This document shows, piece after piece, positions 11,433-24,969 of a stretch of DNA of 60,087 bases (positions are counted from its first letter, which is position 1; each line of letters begins with the position of its first letter). Origin of the DNA: Microthyrium microscopicum (Eukaryota); contig MU004233.1 in the NCBI GenBank assembly GCA_010405405.1, positions 633,835 through 693,921 of the forward strand, read 5' to 3'. A model generated the notes under the pieces. The model was given only the letters and a program-made list of their open reading frames with translations. It had not been told where the DNA came from and made no database searches. Position numbers and translations under genes: made by a program.

Positions 11433-13004
11433 CTACTTCTTCGGAGAGACCCAACCTGCAGCGCGAGGCTGCTTCTTCTTGCCTGGCAATGCTGGCTTCC
11501 CACCAGCAGACTCCCCAACAGAAATACCATCATCGTGGCCGCTGTCCCCACTTTCTTCGGAGATATCGAACAGCCCCAACGCAGCAGCTCGACGTTGTTT
11601 CTGTGCTTTGGTCAGAGGACGCTTACCTCGACGAGCCTTTTTCTTGTGACCAGTTGGCAGTTCTTGATCATCCTTAACTGAGCCGTTTGTTTTTGGGCCC
11701 CCAAAATCTTCACGAGCAGGCATAGAAGCGGTCTCTGGTTCTTCTGAGCGCTCTGATGACTTGGTGCTGGGAGCAGTGGACTTTGTTGGGACTGCAGGTC
11801 GAAAGGGAAGAGCAGTCGACATCGAACCCAACAGCGGCAAGGAATCTCTAAACGATGGGAGAAAGACTGGTGCGGCGGGAACTACAGGCCCGGTGGGATC
11901 TGTAGATTCAGTTGGGAGACTTGGCCGCGTGAAAACAGCACGTCCAGTCGGATTAGTTGATCGCACAGGAATTGCAGCTCCAGTGGTTATAGTTGACCGC
12001 ATGGGACTTCCGGGTCCAGTCCGAATAGTTGCCCGATATGGTCTCACACGTGCAGGGCGCGAGTAAAGACTACCAGTAGGCCCAGCACGTCCAGTCGACC
12101 GAGCACCAGGAACCACATGCCGAACAGGAAACGCAGGACGGGCAAGACCAGGAGGCGCCATCGGCACAGAAGGCGCACGCGGGATGTTCTCGTTACCTGA
12201 ACCAGGCGAATTAGATCCCATCGCCTTCATCTGTAAGTCAACAAGCTGAAGCCAAAGCAGATAATCCTCAACAGTGGGCGCGCGTTTCTTCCCTTCGCGT
12301 ATCGTGCCATCCAGATTAACCAGCGGAATCATGTTCTGTGCCAACGGCTCCACCTCAAAGCGATGAGCTGGATCGTGCATTCCCTGCCCGATACGTGCGC
12401 CAACATGGTCATATTCTTCTCGCAGGCTGTCTATCAGCCGCTTATGTTCCTTGATAGAGGTAGCCTTGAGATCCTTCTCCTGGTTCTGCAGGCTCTTAAT
12501 GATATTCTGATGGAAAGAAAGCGCTTCAAAGCGCTGTCTAGCTTCTCCAAATAGATGATCCGGTACTTCGCCAATATCATAGATGGAACTATCAACCGCA
12601 ACTGGCTGTGGCGCGCCATATTCGTGGCGAACGAGAATGTCGAGGAAGGTGAGACATTGGAAGCGATGCTGGTCTTTCGTCTGGCGGTGCTGGAAGCGGT
12701 GGAAATAGGCGCGGTCAAAGTATTCAGCGAGAACTTCTACTTTGCGTTGAATAGCTTGGAGACGCTTCGGAGGCATCTTTTGGAGTCGAAGTTCGGTTGT
12801 TTCGATATTGGGTGGTGTCTGATACACTATGTCGTGTATTTGTAGGTGCATTATGGCGACTAGGACATTGTCGTCGGAGCCATTGTCTATGCAGGCGTTG
12901 ATGATAGCCCATTCTGGGTTTATGCCTGAGGGAGGGAGTTGTTCTGCCATTGTTCGGGGATGGGGATATGGGAAGTTGATGGTTGTGAATGGTCTCGAAA
13001 TCAT
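11433..13004 (-). CDS. Hypothetical protein, 523 aa, with Pro/Thr-rich tail and basic NLS-like segment (orphan cluster gene 3)
   Basis: Intronless long ORF (alternative ATG at 12950) with the shared N-terminal domain and KKKARRGKRP. Confidence 0.7.
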   Translation of the reverse strand: MISRPFTTINFPYPHPRTMAEQLPPSGINPEWAIINACIDNGSDDNVLVAIMHLQIHDIVYQTPPNIETTELRLQKMPPKRLQAIQRKVEVLAEYFDRAYFHRFQHRQTKDQHRFQCLTFLDILVRHEYGAPQPVAVDSSIYDIGEVPDHLFGEARQRFEALSFHQNIIKSLQNQEKDLKATSIKEHKRLIDSLREEYDHVGARIGQGMHDPAHRFEVEPLAQNMIPLVNLDGTIREGKKRAPTVEDYLLWLQLVDLQMKAMGSNSPGSGNENIPRAPSVPMAPPGLARPAFPVRHVVPGARSTGRAGPTGSLYSRPARVRPYRATIRTGPGSPMRSTITTGAAIPVRSTNPTGRAVFTRPSLPTESTDPTGPVVPAAPVFLPSFRDSLPLLGSMSTALPFRPAVPTKSTAPSTKSSERSEEPETASMPAREDFGGPKTNGSVKDDQELPTGHKKKARRGKRPLTKAQKQRRAAALGLFDISEESGDSGHDDGISVGESAGGKPALPGKKKQPRAAGWVSPKK

Positions 13005-14010
13005 TTTTATGGGAGAAAATTTGTATCAAGCTGTTGAATTACTTCACTTCGGCGACTTTAGGATATGAGCTCAACAATCTTTCCTTTTCTAGATAGAGGA
13101 ACTGTGCTTCTAGGTCGCGTTTGTGGTGTTGAGGTAGTCTACTAGTCACTGCATCATAACCAACTAGGACCTCGAAATACCAAGTAATAGGGGATCTATG
13201 TCAGTAGCTCTAGATACTAGGTGCTTCGAGGTGCAGTATCAGAAAGCACGTCAAACAAACGACGTTGGGGACCTGCAGTGACTTTCCTGCCAAATACGAT
13301 CCCGCTTGGCTGCCACGACGTATGGCAAGTCATCTAGAATGATACGAGATGCTTTAAAGTCCATTACGGGCATTCTGGGTTAGCAATCGCCAACATCACA
13401 TTACTATATCATTTAACCATTACAGGCAGATCTAGGGTGGCGAAGTTATGGTCAGACAATGGGCGTGCATTCAGCTGCTTGTACACCATTAACACTATTA
13501 CAAAATATTTCTTGCGCGCTTTGATACTATTTATCTGAAGATGATAGGTGCAGAAAACGGTCTATGGAATAATAAAATCAGGTGCACATCTGATATGTTT
13601 TGCTAAACCATGGATTCAAAGGCCGGAAGTTGTAGTGTTTATGCCGTAGACCACAAGTGAAATAACGGCTTGATTTTTCAAAGTCAAGCACTTGTAGCTA
13701 TGAATTGAAAGTAAATAGTTCAGATCACAACGCGTATGCAAAACAGCTCAAACATCATGAAAATGGTTGATTATTGACAAAGATTAAGTATAGTCTACTA
13801 CACTAGTAGTTCTAGCACTTATGTCACAGCTATTTTTTCCTTGCAAGATAGGCCTAGCAAGAAGTGGAGCCAACCGTAATTGATGACTGGCTCTCGAGGA
13901 AACCCAGCAATGTGGTTGCCTCGAGCGCAGTCTCCATGGTCTGAAACCAGAGCTCTTCACTAAGGCAGTATTGGCCAATACGGCCAATGATTGACCCATT
14001 GGCCGCCCGT

Positions 14011-16724
14011 CTATGCCAAATACTCGTACATAGTCGAGTCCCGCTCATCACGCTGCAGATACTCGCGCTCAATGAGCGTCTCAATCCGCGCCTTGATCAT
14101 CGCCACATCCGGCTTGAAGTGCGTCAACTGCGCCAAAGTCTCAGATAGTAACTGTTGGTGGCTAAGCCGTTTCCGCTGCTTCATGATGCGCACAATCGCC
14201 GCCTCGCACATAAAGCTTCTACTCTCATCGTTCTTCTGTTCCGTTTTGAGGCGCTCACGGTCTGTCTCGACGCGATTGCCAGATGCCACAACATTGACCT
14301 TGATGCGCGTGTAGTTGCTCTTGAAACCGACGTTGAAGGTGAACTTGTCGGTTGGATTCACGTCTTTCGAGGCGGGAGATTTGAGCAGGATGCGAGTGCG
14401 TGAGGCACAGGCGAGAGATTGTAGATTGCGGACGAGATCGCCCTCGGGGATGTTGGTGCGGGATTGGATGTCTTCGAAGCTGAGGGATTCGCCCGCTGGG
14501 AGCTCATTGAAGAGGTAGAGAATTATCATGGCGTAAGTCGATACGTTGAGGTCGTGGACGCGGTCTTTCGATGCGTCTTTGGTAGGAAAGCGGGCCTTGA
14601 TGTCGGCGGTGCCCATGGCTGGTTGCCAGGTAAGCTTACGTCCATTGTGTTTACCAGCATAGAAAAGTGTAAAATATTCGGTGAGCTTCCGAATATCGTA
14701 CGGATAGATGATTGTACGATGCTCATAGTCCTCATTCGAGTTGTTGGCTAGTTCTTGCGGCCAGACTTGTGATGTGAGAATATTGACGGTCAAATCGATT
14801 GGTCGAGCGGACATTTCCGGATCGTTGGCGCGTATTTCTGACATATGATGGCGGAAAGAACTTGTGAGTTCGGTCGAGGTTGTCATGTCTCTGAACATGG
14901 CCTCAATCTTGGTCGTGAAAGTGTTTCCAAGCTCAATTTTCATCTTACCAATCATCTGTTTCTCGACATCAAGGCTTATGGATCTACCGAGAAGTAGACG
15001 TTTCGAGAGATGTCGTTTATAATATCTCTCAAACATATCTTTGTCAAGTATGAACCGCAGTAATGTGATGGCCTTGTCCAAGACACTGTCGACCTCTGCG
15101 TCCGACTTGTCCTTCATATCCTTCTTCATGTTTTGATCTATGAACAAGGAGATGTATTCGGATCCTCGGTTGAAGTTGATCATATTGATGAACTCGGTGA
15201 ATGACTTGGTCATTTCTGTTTGCATTCGAGGATCCTTGTTGAAAGCCTGGGCCCAGATGTTGTCGAATTTGTCCTTCAAAGATAGAACGTCCTCGACCCA
15301 TCGAATAGCTGCAGCAGTTTGCTGTACGAGGGTATTGCCGTCGGTATTTGCGTTGGGCGACATGGCGGTTTGATTGATTTCTTTGCCGAGCTCAACAATG
15401 CGCGATTGGACAGCTTTGACTAGCTCCTTCTTGTCGTCATCTACCTTACCACTAAGTTCGTAGATAAGACCGAGCTCTTCTAGTCTATCGTTGTCGATCA
15501 TATAGACCACTCCAGTATCCATGAGAATGAGTTCCGGGAGCTTTTGCTCAATGAGTTCTCCTAGAACAACACGTTCTATGCGTCCCATAGTGGCCTCCGA
15601 GAGCGTAGACTTGCAACGATCTATTTCTTCGACTAGTCTCTTTTTGGCTTGACGGCAGTATGCTCCAGCATCTGAATCGCGAAGCATTCGTTCGCTCTCG
15701 GCTGCATAGAAATCTCGACTCGCCTGAAGGAAGTGTGGCTCAAACCGATAGTTGTAAAGCCTATATTCATCAGTTTCGATGTTGTCGATATGCATGCCTT
15801 CAAGCATATGTGTGCAAGATTTGAGTAACGTTTTATCGATAACATCTCCTTCTCGTTCCATCTTGATATGATCTAACATGGTTTGTATAACCAATGTCAA
15901 AATGGTCTGATCTGTTCCGTCGTTCGCAGCAGCCGATGCAACTGGACATTTCAGTATTTCATCTCGAAACAGGCGCATTCCTATGGAGTAGACGGTGGGT
16001 ATTGACTTGTCGATACAATATACGCGATCCTAGGAAGCATGTTAGTCAGGACACGGAGACAGAGAGAATGAAGGCAGGCTAAAACATCGTGCGATCATTC
16101 GCGCATGACTCCAACGGCTGGAGACGAGAAAATATCAGCAGCACACGGTGAGGTCCCAGATGTTGTCCGTTCGTTCTCGATGTGATAAAATAGCGCAGAA
16201 ACATGATCGTGGCCCACTTACCAAGTATAATAACACATCCGACAGCATAACCATACATGCTTCATGATTCGACCATTGCTGCTTGACGCCTTTCAGAAAG
16301 CGCTCGCCTGCAAAGCGTCGCTCCACAATGGAAGTAGAATTGCTGGCAGCTACCAGTTCCGGAGACACCAACGTGACCACTTGGGCGCGAACGTCCAAAC
16401 TCAGCCACTTCTCCTCAAATTTCACCACCCGATGATAGAGTTCTTCGCCTTTCTTCCGAAGCACTAATCTATAGGCCCCACGGTAAAGTTCTTCGAAACT
16501 TATCTCGGATGTTTCTTTGGTGTGTATCTGACGAAAACTGGATTCCAGGGATGACCAGGTCTTTGCAAAGTCCATATCGTCGGAAACGGGATTGAGCTGC
16601 GCAAGTAGTTAGTACATGGTATTTTTTCAGAAGACAGCTCTGGGAATATCAATGCTATTTGGAGAGAACTTACTCTACGAGGTGCACGGATTCGCGCACC
16701 TCCACGTTGGCGGCCACCTATCAT
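14011..16724 (-). CDS. cul3: Cullin-3, 3 exons
   Basis: N-terminal RIRAPRR, SFEELYR, YL|DRVY, DKDMFERYYKRHLSKRLL and neddylation motif AAIVRIMKQRK, ending IEREYLQRD...YEYLA. Introns lie after 16674 and at 16030-16221. Confidence 0.95.
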
Positions 16725-17335
16725 CTTCGCCTGGGGATAGAAGGGTAGCTAAGAGGGAGCTATGCGGCAGGGTGTTGCGGAAGCGCGAATGTGTAAAGTA
16801 TAAGGAATAGACGAATATATGGTTAGACAGTGACTGAGGTCGCGACTATAGAGCCATGGATGCTATACCGGCTCGAGTGGGTAGAGGCAGGGGCTTAAAG
16901 TTCCTGAAAGCAGCAGTGTCAAAGAGGATGGAATGTCAGGGTCAAGAGAACAAAGGAACCTTGGAAGGAATGGAGGCGCTGGTGGCGGGAACAAAGAGGG
17001 GAGTGAATGGGATTGTAGAAGTGAGGATTTCAGCCCACTTGGGCACCGGCGCAGATTTTAAGACTCTTGGCGCATATGGGTTACCAGATATGAGGGTGAA
17101 GTGACTTGGCGGGTGGTGATGGATAATTGATGGTGGTTGAGTTCACAAGTTCAACATTGGAGCTCCATGGCAAGAGGGGCTAGCGGGGCTCCAGGGGCTA
17201 CGAACTGCGCTAGTCTGTATTAGGCCTAGCTCCGGATCAGAGCTTCCAACTCGTATCCGACCTGCTTAACTTTTGATCTGAGTGTCTGACGTGGTGGGAA
17301 TTAACATCATTCTTTCATCCTTCTCAACGTCTACG

Positions 17336-17986
17336 ATGGCACTACGAGCTGCGTGTCGAGCTCCGCTCTGGAGATTAGGTAGTCTCCACTAAGTTTATCA
17401 AAATCTCATGCTAACTGTGCATGTAGGACAAGCTCCACTCATACCCAAAGTTTCCTATCCCCTTCGATCATACCAACAGCTCGCCGCTTTCAAATCCCGA
17501 CTACTCCCCAGAAGTTCCACCAGATCCCTTTCATCATCTATATCACGTCTAAACGATGGATTACGAAACAATCGCGATCATAGCGGACATCAGTCTTTTA
17601 TGGCTGAAGTCGATGTAGAGCTACTCCGCAAATTGCCGCCAGAGCCAGAAGGTCGAGAAAGAGTACCCTCATATGCACTGGTGTTTACCTGCAAAAAGTG
17701 TAGCACACGCTCAGCTCATCGCATAACGAAACAAGGATACAAGCATGGAACGGTGCTCATAAAATGCCCTGGCTGCAAGAACCGACATCTCATCGCAGAC
17801 AATCTCAAGATCTTCAGCGACACCACGGTCAACCTCGAAACCATTATGAAAGAGAAGGGAGAAATGATACAGAAGCTCAGCTTGACAAAAGAAGGCGACC
17901 TAGAATTTTGGGACCCACAAGACACTAAGAAACTAGAAGCATGGCAGGAAACTCAAGATGGAAAAGATATCAAAGATTCTGTTTAG
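17336..17986 (+). CDS. zim17: Mitochondrial DNL zinc-finger Hsp70 escort protein (Zim17/Tim15/Hep1), 2 exons
   Basis: FTCKKC...HGTVLIKCPGCKNRHLIADNL motif, an Arg-rich presequence, and one GT-AG intron with a CTAAC branch site. Confidence 0.92.
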
Positions 17987-18944
17987 ACAGCTGCTGCAGC
18001 CATCTTTTTCAACTCTGCAATCGCCTGTGTGGCCGGACTGCCTATATATGCCAAATGCGAGCCCGCGAGCTCAAAGTTACCCGTACATACGCCATCCCCA
18101 GCATTGCAATATGTCACAATAGGTCCACTATATCCCTTGATCTTTGCTCCCTGGAACGGGTCGCCGAACGTAACAACACCCTACCAATATCATTAGCATG
18201 CGTCAACAATCTCCTCTCAACATCTCAACTTACAGTAACATGCCCCTTGGCATCATTGGTCGCATACGCAACCGCATTGTGCGCCACCATCGCACCCTGC
18301 GAATACCCCGACACAAAGATCTTTGAACTCGGACACTTTGCCGCCGCACTCTCCAACATATCCCTCCCCACCATTCCGCCCGGCAAACCCAGACAGAAGT
18401 CCCCATTTATACTCGCCTCATAGGGGATCCCTACGACCGTCCAGTCGCGCGGCATACTCGCATACAGCACCGGGCCCACCGTGATTCCCAACTCGCCAAT
18501 CTCCGTCGTCCCCTTTGCAAACAGCAGAATATTCTTCGCACACTCCCCATTGTACGCCACCTGTGCCGCCGCGCTACCCCAACTCGGCAATAAACCTGTG
18601 ATTGTGTTTGCAGCGCTCAGTAGCGTTGTGGAAAGGCCGGTGGATTGTTTGGCTACTTTCTTGGCTGCTTGGGAAGCTTTGACGCCGGCGGGGTTGTATT
18701 TGGATATGCAGGCAATGTCGTTTTTTCCGCCGCCTTCCGGTTGGCGGGTTGGGAGCTTGCCAGTGGAGCCGGAGAGCGCGGCGATGTCGCAGCTCTGGCC
18801 CGAGCAGCTGGTTGTGGGGAGTTGAGTGTTATCGTACACACGGACGGCGGCGGCGATGTCGCTGGGGGTGGTGCCGTAGGGCCCGATGGGGTCAAGGGGC
18901 ATGGCGCAAGCTACCGCTATGGTTGCGAGGAGCCGGAGAATCAT
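17983..18944 (-). CDS. Cutinase (CE5), secreted, 2 exons
   Basis: Signal peptide, LFAKGTTE.G.LG and GYSQGA. Exon 2 (18180-17983) reads GVVTFGDP...CNAGDGVC...SHLAY. Intron at 18181-18233. Confidence 0.93.
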
Positions 18945-21021
18945 GGTGGATATGTGTTGGTTAACTGGCGTGTGAATGAGAGACCAGTCCTTGAATAATG
19001 AATACGATGATAGGGTAGCTGGTCTTTGAATGAGTGTCTGGTCTCTTAAGAAAGGAGTGTGATGGTGGAACGAATGGATTACAGAAGGGATGGGTTCATA
19101 ACTTATAGAAAGCTATTAAAGAGAATCGTAAGTTCATAGTACGACTCCCCACAACATTGTGGATCTGACAGCCAGGTACACGATCAATTTCTACTCCACG
19201 CAATAAACCGCTCTCGTGATGGCCAGGGGCTGGTATAGTCCCATCACATGGCACCAGATACAACCAAAGTAGTCAAGAGGGCCACGCATCAGGATGCGTT
19301 CATATCCAAGCAGATCATAACCCTAGCGTAGGTCAAGGAATGGATTTAGCCATGCCCGAGCACTTCTTTTGTCAGTGTTCATATAAGAAGAGCATCTGAA
19401 TCTTAAAGGCCTCTGGATTGGTAAAGTTTATACGACATCCTAGCGAACGACCTGGAAGGGGAGCTCATTAGAGAACAAAGTATCAGAAGTAATTAGCTAT
19501 CAGACATGTCATCGTCAGATCGTGAAGTGGTTTGTGCTGGTTGCCTGAACTTGCGGTGCGGCTCAAAGTCTAAATGATTGTCCCGGATCCGCACCCCAGG
19601 TTTTTGTAATTAGCTGGGTGTCATACCACCATGTAGCCAGGTACCACCATACGAGCTAACGTTCCAAATCTGGGGGAAGCGTTTGCGGAGACATTTTTAT
19701 ATTGAAAGTCGATAATCATCACGCGCACGCCAATTTCTACAGTCATCTCCGGACAAAATCTGCTTAGCAGTGTAACACCATAATTTTAACTCCTTCGCTG
19801 AGAGGGGATGAAGGAGTGGGCTATGAGCAAAATACGAGTGGAAATGAGGGGAGATGGTTGTTGAGTTTCCTGTTCGAGGGAGACCGTGGTCTGCGTGTAC
19901 ACACTCCTTCTTGTTAAAGATGAAGTTGGATGGGTGAACGGCCCCGTGAGATATAGCAAGGGCATATCATAATCTTAAGTGCTAGACAGGAAGCGTTCCT
20001 GGTGTCGATCTGGAAGACTGGAGTAAATCCGCGCGAATTCGAGCGAATTTGAACGGGGTATTCTTCGGCTGGTTTATTTAGCTACACGGCCTGAAGAAGT
20101 GTTTTTAGACAACTTGGATGCTTTAGTGTCCAGCAGATGTTGTGGCAATCTGACACTTAGCTTCGTGAAGTGAGAGTTCAAGCGTCGAGAGGATATCATG
20201 TAGGCCATTATCACCATTCATGACAAAGTAGTGAGGAGTTTAGGACATGATCACGTTGACCTGGTGGTAACAGAGGAAGAAATTTGAAAGGAGTTTGAAA
20301 AAGACGAGGAGGCTGATGTCGGCTGACTTTTTTCAAGATGAGGGCTAGAAAGCTGCTCAAGGAATCAAGGATCTCGAGGCTTCGAGATAGAAGGACACTC
20401 ATTTCTCTACCATGACCTACTCCATCAATACTGGGTGGTGAAAACAGTGGTTGTAATGGAGAAGAGTCATCAACTCAAATGCTACCATCCCCTGCGTTCA
20501 GCCACAATGCATCATGATCAAAAAGAGATAAACTCCCAGTTGACGACCAATCAGGCTCTTTGAGCGCTTTGGGGTTAGAGTTGAGCTGGCAGTCGTATGA
20601 CTGTGATGAAGGCATAAAGGCTCCTCTCGCTTGCGTTTTCAGGAGGGTTCTAACAGTTTTTAGATATTGTCAGAAAAGATGAAGTTGAGAACTGAAAGAA
20701 GAGAAGTAAAGAGGTATTGGCGGCTAAGGTAGCGGCATTTTAAGCGCGCAAGGCAGAAACCAGGGGTAAGTCAGGCAAAATCATCAGGCAGCCGGTGGGT
20801 TGTTGCTGCCACATTGAACATTGTGGATTTGAATACAACACCAAGAACACCGTGACAGTGCCACCATATCTTTCTCACCAATCTGTACTTAGGCTCCAGC
20901 TTTCGTCTTGAGTTCCTGCTCTGCTCCGAGTCCTCAATGGGCTTTTCCACCTACTAAACTCCCTCCATTCCCTCTTTTCGTGCTATCCTCCATCGTGCGC
21001 TGATCAACAGCTCCCGCCAAA

Positions 21022-24000
21022 ATGTCGGCTCCAACTATGTTGACCAAGGTAAGTATCGTTACAACATATACTTTACCAATGATTTCAATTCTCACGTAAT
21101 GTAGTTCGAATCGAAGTCCTCGCGAGCCAAGGGAATCGCATTCCATCCTAAACGACCATGGATTCTCGTTGCATTACACTCCTCTACAATCCAGCTTTGG
21201 GACTATCGCATGGGCACATTGATTGATCGATTCGAAGAACACGATGGTCCTGTTCGAGGCGTCGACTTTCACAAATCACAGCCTATGTTTGTTTCCGGTG
21301 GAGACGACTACAAGATCAAGGTCTGGAACTATAATACCAAGCGATGCATTTTCACCCTTACCGGCCATTTGGACTATGTCCGAACCGTCTTTTTCCATCA
21401 TGAATTACCTTGGATCCTCTCAAGTTCTGATGATCAGACTATCCGCATCTGGAATTGGCAGAACCGAACTTTGAGTATGCTTATGCGAGACTCAACTTTG
21501 CGTCGTGTATACTGACGGATCTAGTCTGTACCATGACCGGCCACAACCACTATGTCATGTGCGCCCAATTCCATCCAAAAGACGATCTTGTTGTGTCCGC
21601 CTCCTTAGATCAGTCAGTTCGTGTTTGGGATATTTCTGGTCTTCGCAAGAAACATTCGGCTCCAACCTCAATGTCCTTCGAGGATCAAATGGCCCGCGCA
21701 AACTCGTCGCAAGCTGACGTCTTTGGTAATACGGATGCTATAGTCAAGTTCGTACTCGAGGGTCACGATCGCGCAGTCAATTGGGTTGCATTCCATCCCA
21801 CTTTGCCTTTAATTGTTTCCGCTGGAGATGATCGCCTGGTGAAGCTCTGGAGAATGAGCGGTAAGCCAGTACATGCCAAGCACTCTTATGTTGTTCTAAT
21901 GTCTTTCAGAAACCAAAGCCTGGGAAGTTGATACTTGCCGTGGTCACTTTCAAAATGTCGATGCATGCTTATTCCATCCTCATCAAGATCTCATCATCTC
22001 AGTCGGCGAGGACAAAACCATCCGTGTCTGGGACTTGAACAAGCGAACCTCTGTACAATCCTTCAAAGAGAACGATAGATTCTGGGTAATTGCCGCTCAT
22101 CCAGAGATCAATCTTTTCGCTGCAGGTCACGACAATGGTGTGATGGTCTTTAAGTTGGAACGTGAGCGACCCGCTTCAGCCATATCACAAAATGGCAAGC
22201 TTTATTATATTACCAAGGAAAAACATGTACGAAGCTACGATTTCACAGCCAACTCAGAGTCGCCATCTATGGTGTCTTTAAAGAAGCTCGGTAGCCCGTG
22301 GGTCCCGCCGAGAACGATCTCTCATAATCCTTCCGAGAACGCCATCCTAGTCACATCTCCCGCCGATGGTGGCTCATACGAATTGGTCCATCTACCAAAG
22401 GATGCAAGTGGTGCTGTTGAGCCAACAGACACCAAGCGAGGACCGGGTACTTCTGCTGTCTTTGTTCAGCGCAACCGTTTTGCTGTTTTCAACTCAGGAC
22501 ACCTACAGATCGACATTCGGGATCTCCAAAACTCTGTAACGAAAACCATCTCCTGTCCCAGTGGTACCACCGATATATCGTTTGCTGGACATGGTACACT
22601 TCTTCTCATCACAGCCAGCTCCGTCATTCTCTATGATATTCAACAAAAGAAGCGCCTAGCTGAACTGGCCGTCAATGGAGTCAAATACGTTGTTTGGACC
22701 TCTGACTTCTCCCATGCCGCCCTCTTGAGCAAACATAATGTCACCATTGTCACCCGCCATCTTCAACAAATCAGCACTCTCCATGAAACCATCCGGATCA
22801 AGAGCGCCACTTGGGATGATACGGGTGTACTTCTCTATTCGACCCTAAATCACATCAAATATACCCTCATGAATGGCGACAATGGTATAATATGTACCCA
22901 GGAGCAAACATCATATCTGGTGAAGGTCAAAGGCTGGAACGTGTATTGCCTAGATCGTCACGCCAAACCTAAAGTCCTCAGGATTGATCCCACGGAATAT
23001 CGTTTCAAGCTCGCTCTGGTCAAACGCAATTACGAGGAAATGCTCAACATCATCAAAACATCCAAGCTGGTCGGGCAGTCGATTATCTCGTATGTGCAGA
23101 AGAAGGGTTACCCAGAAATTGCTCTACAGTTTGTCCAAGATCCACAAACACGCTTCGAGCTAGCCCTAGAATGTGGAAATCTCGAAGTCGCGGTGGAAAT
23201 GGCCAAAACCCTCGACCGTCAACAACTCTGGGAACGTCTAGGGGCTGAGGCTCTTGCGCAAGGCAATCATCAAATCGTCGAGATGGCCTACCAAAAACAG
23301 CGAAGCTTTGATAAGCTTTCGTTTCTCTACCTTGCGACTGGTGACCGTGACAAGCTCAATCGCATGACTAAAATCGCCGAACACCGTGGTGATATGCAGT
23401 CCCTGTTCCAAAATACGATCTACCTAGGAGATGTCGAGAAGAGGATTGAGATGCTGAAAGAGGCTGATCAATGTAAGTTTTGAATACCCTGATCCATAAC
23501 CATTTGCTAACGTGATTCAGATGCGCTTGCATACCTAGCAGCCAAGTCCAATGGTTTGGATGAAGAAGCCGCCTCCATTCTAGAAGCTGCTGGAATAGAA
23601 GAAGATCAAGTCAAGCTACCAACTCTCGGCGAACCCATAGTTGCACCAAAAGCAGTTGTTCCAGTCTTCAGGATCAATTGGCCTACCAAAGGTACTGGTA
23701 CATCAGCATTCGAGAAAGTCCTCATGGGCGAAGCGGGGGATGAAGACTTCGCACCAGCTGAGACATATGGTGAAGACAATGTTGATGAGCCTGAACGAGT
23801 TGGAGGTCTTGACGACGAGGATGATGAGGGTGATGTCGAAGGCTGGGACATGGGTGAAGATGTTGATGCCGAAGCAGAGAGCGATTTTGTCAACGTCGAA
23901 GCCTCGGAAGCCGGAGCTGGTAGTAGCGAAGCGGACTTATGGGCACGCAATTCGCCCATCGCTGCAGATCACGTTGCCGCCGGATCACTAGAGACTGCGA

Positions 24001-24969
24001 TGCAATTGCTCAACCGACAGGTTGGTGCAGTCAACTTCAAGCCCATACAATGGCGTTTCGAGGAAATTTATACCGCCTCAAGAACCTTCCTTCCGGCCAC
24101 CCCAGGATTGCCACCACTCGTCAACTATGTCCGCCGGACAGTTGATGAGACTAATACCCGCAAGGTTCTTCCTCTCATCCCTCGCGACCTAGAGTCGATT
24201 ATCGCCACTGAAGTCACGGCCGGAAAGACTCAGATGCGTACTAATAAACTCGATGAGGGTCTCAAATCTTACCGACGGGTATTGCAGCTCCTAATGGTCA
24301 ACGCCGTAGCTACAGCCAACGAGCTCGATGATGTGAGTCTTAACATAGCCTAAAACAATACATACTAATCATGAGATAGGCCAAAAAGCTCATCCATAGC
24401 GCTGGACAATACACCCTCGCAATATCAATTGAACTTGAGCGACGTAAGCTTGTCAGCAACCAAGCAGATATTTCATCTTTATCGGAAGATACTCGAAAGC
24501 GTGCCTTGGAACTCTCGGCCTATTTCACTATGCCAGAGATGGAAGCACCTCACGTAACTCTTGCTTTGTACGCTGCTATGAATTTTGCCTACAAGAGCAA
24601 GCAATTGTCATCCGCTTTGAGTTTTGCCAACAGCCTCATTGAGCGTGGTACTAATGCCAAATTCAAGGAAAACGTAAGCCCGGGCACCTCTCGATCTCCA
24701 TTGTCATCTACTAACATCTTTGTCAGGCTAAGAAGATTAAGACAACCTGTGAACGTAACCCAAGCGATGCGCTCGAGGTAGAGTTTGATCAATTTGCAGA
24801 GTTTGAAGTATGTGCTGCTTCATACACTCCCATATATAGTGGCTCTCCAAGCGCAACTTGTCCATTTGACGGAACCAAGTATCAGGCCAAGTATAAAGGA
24901 ACGGTCTGCAAAATCTGTGAGGTTGCGGAGATTGGAGCTCCAGCAAGCGGCATTCGGTTGTTAGGTTAG
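21022..24969 (+). CDS. cop1: Coatomer subunit alpha (COPI), multi-exon
   Basis: [21 protein letters not shown]40 repeats ([13 protein letters not shown]), coatomer WDAD region and C-terminal [16 protein letters not shown]. Confidence 0.97.

Noticed and set aside
16030..16221. Long cul3 intron 2 as a snoRNA host
   Set aside because: Only short hairpins are present (CTCCA/TGGAG, GCGA/TCGC). No convincing C box (RTGATGA) with terminal D box, and no H/ACA layout.
19000..20950. Long intergenic region between cutinase and cop1 as a hidden gene or ncRNA
   Set aside because: No coherent ORF, exon chain, tRNA or repeat structure was found. It is consistent with a divergent promoter region.
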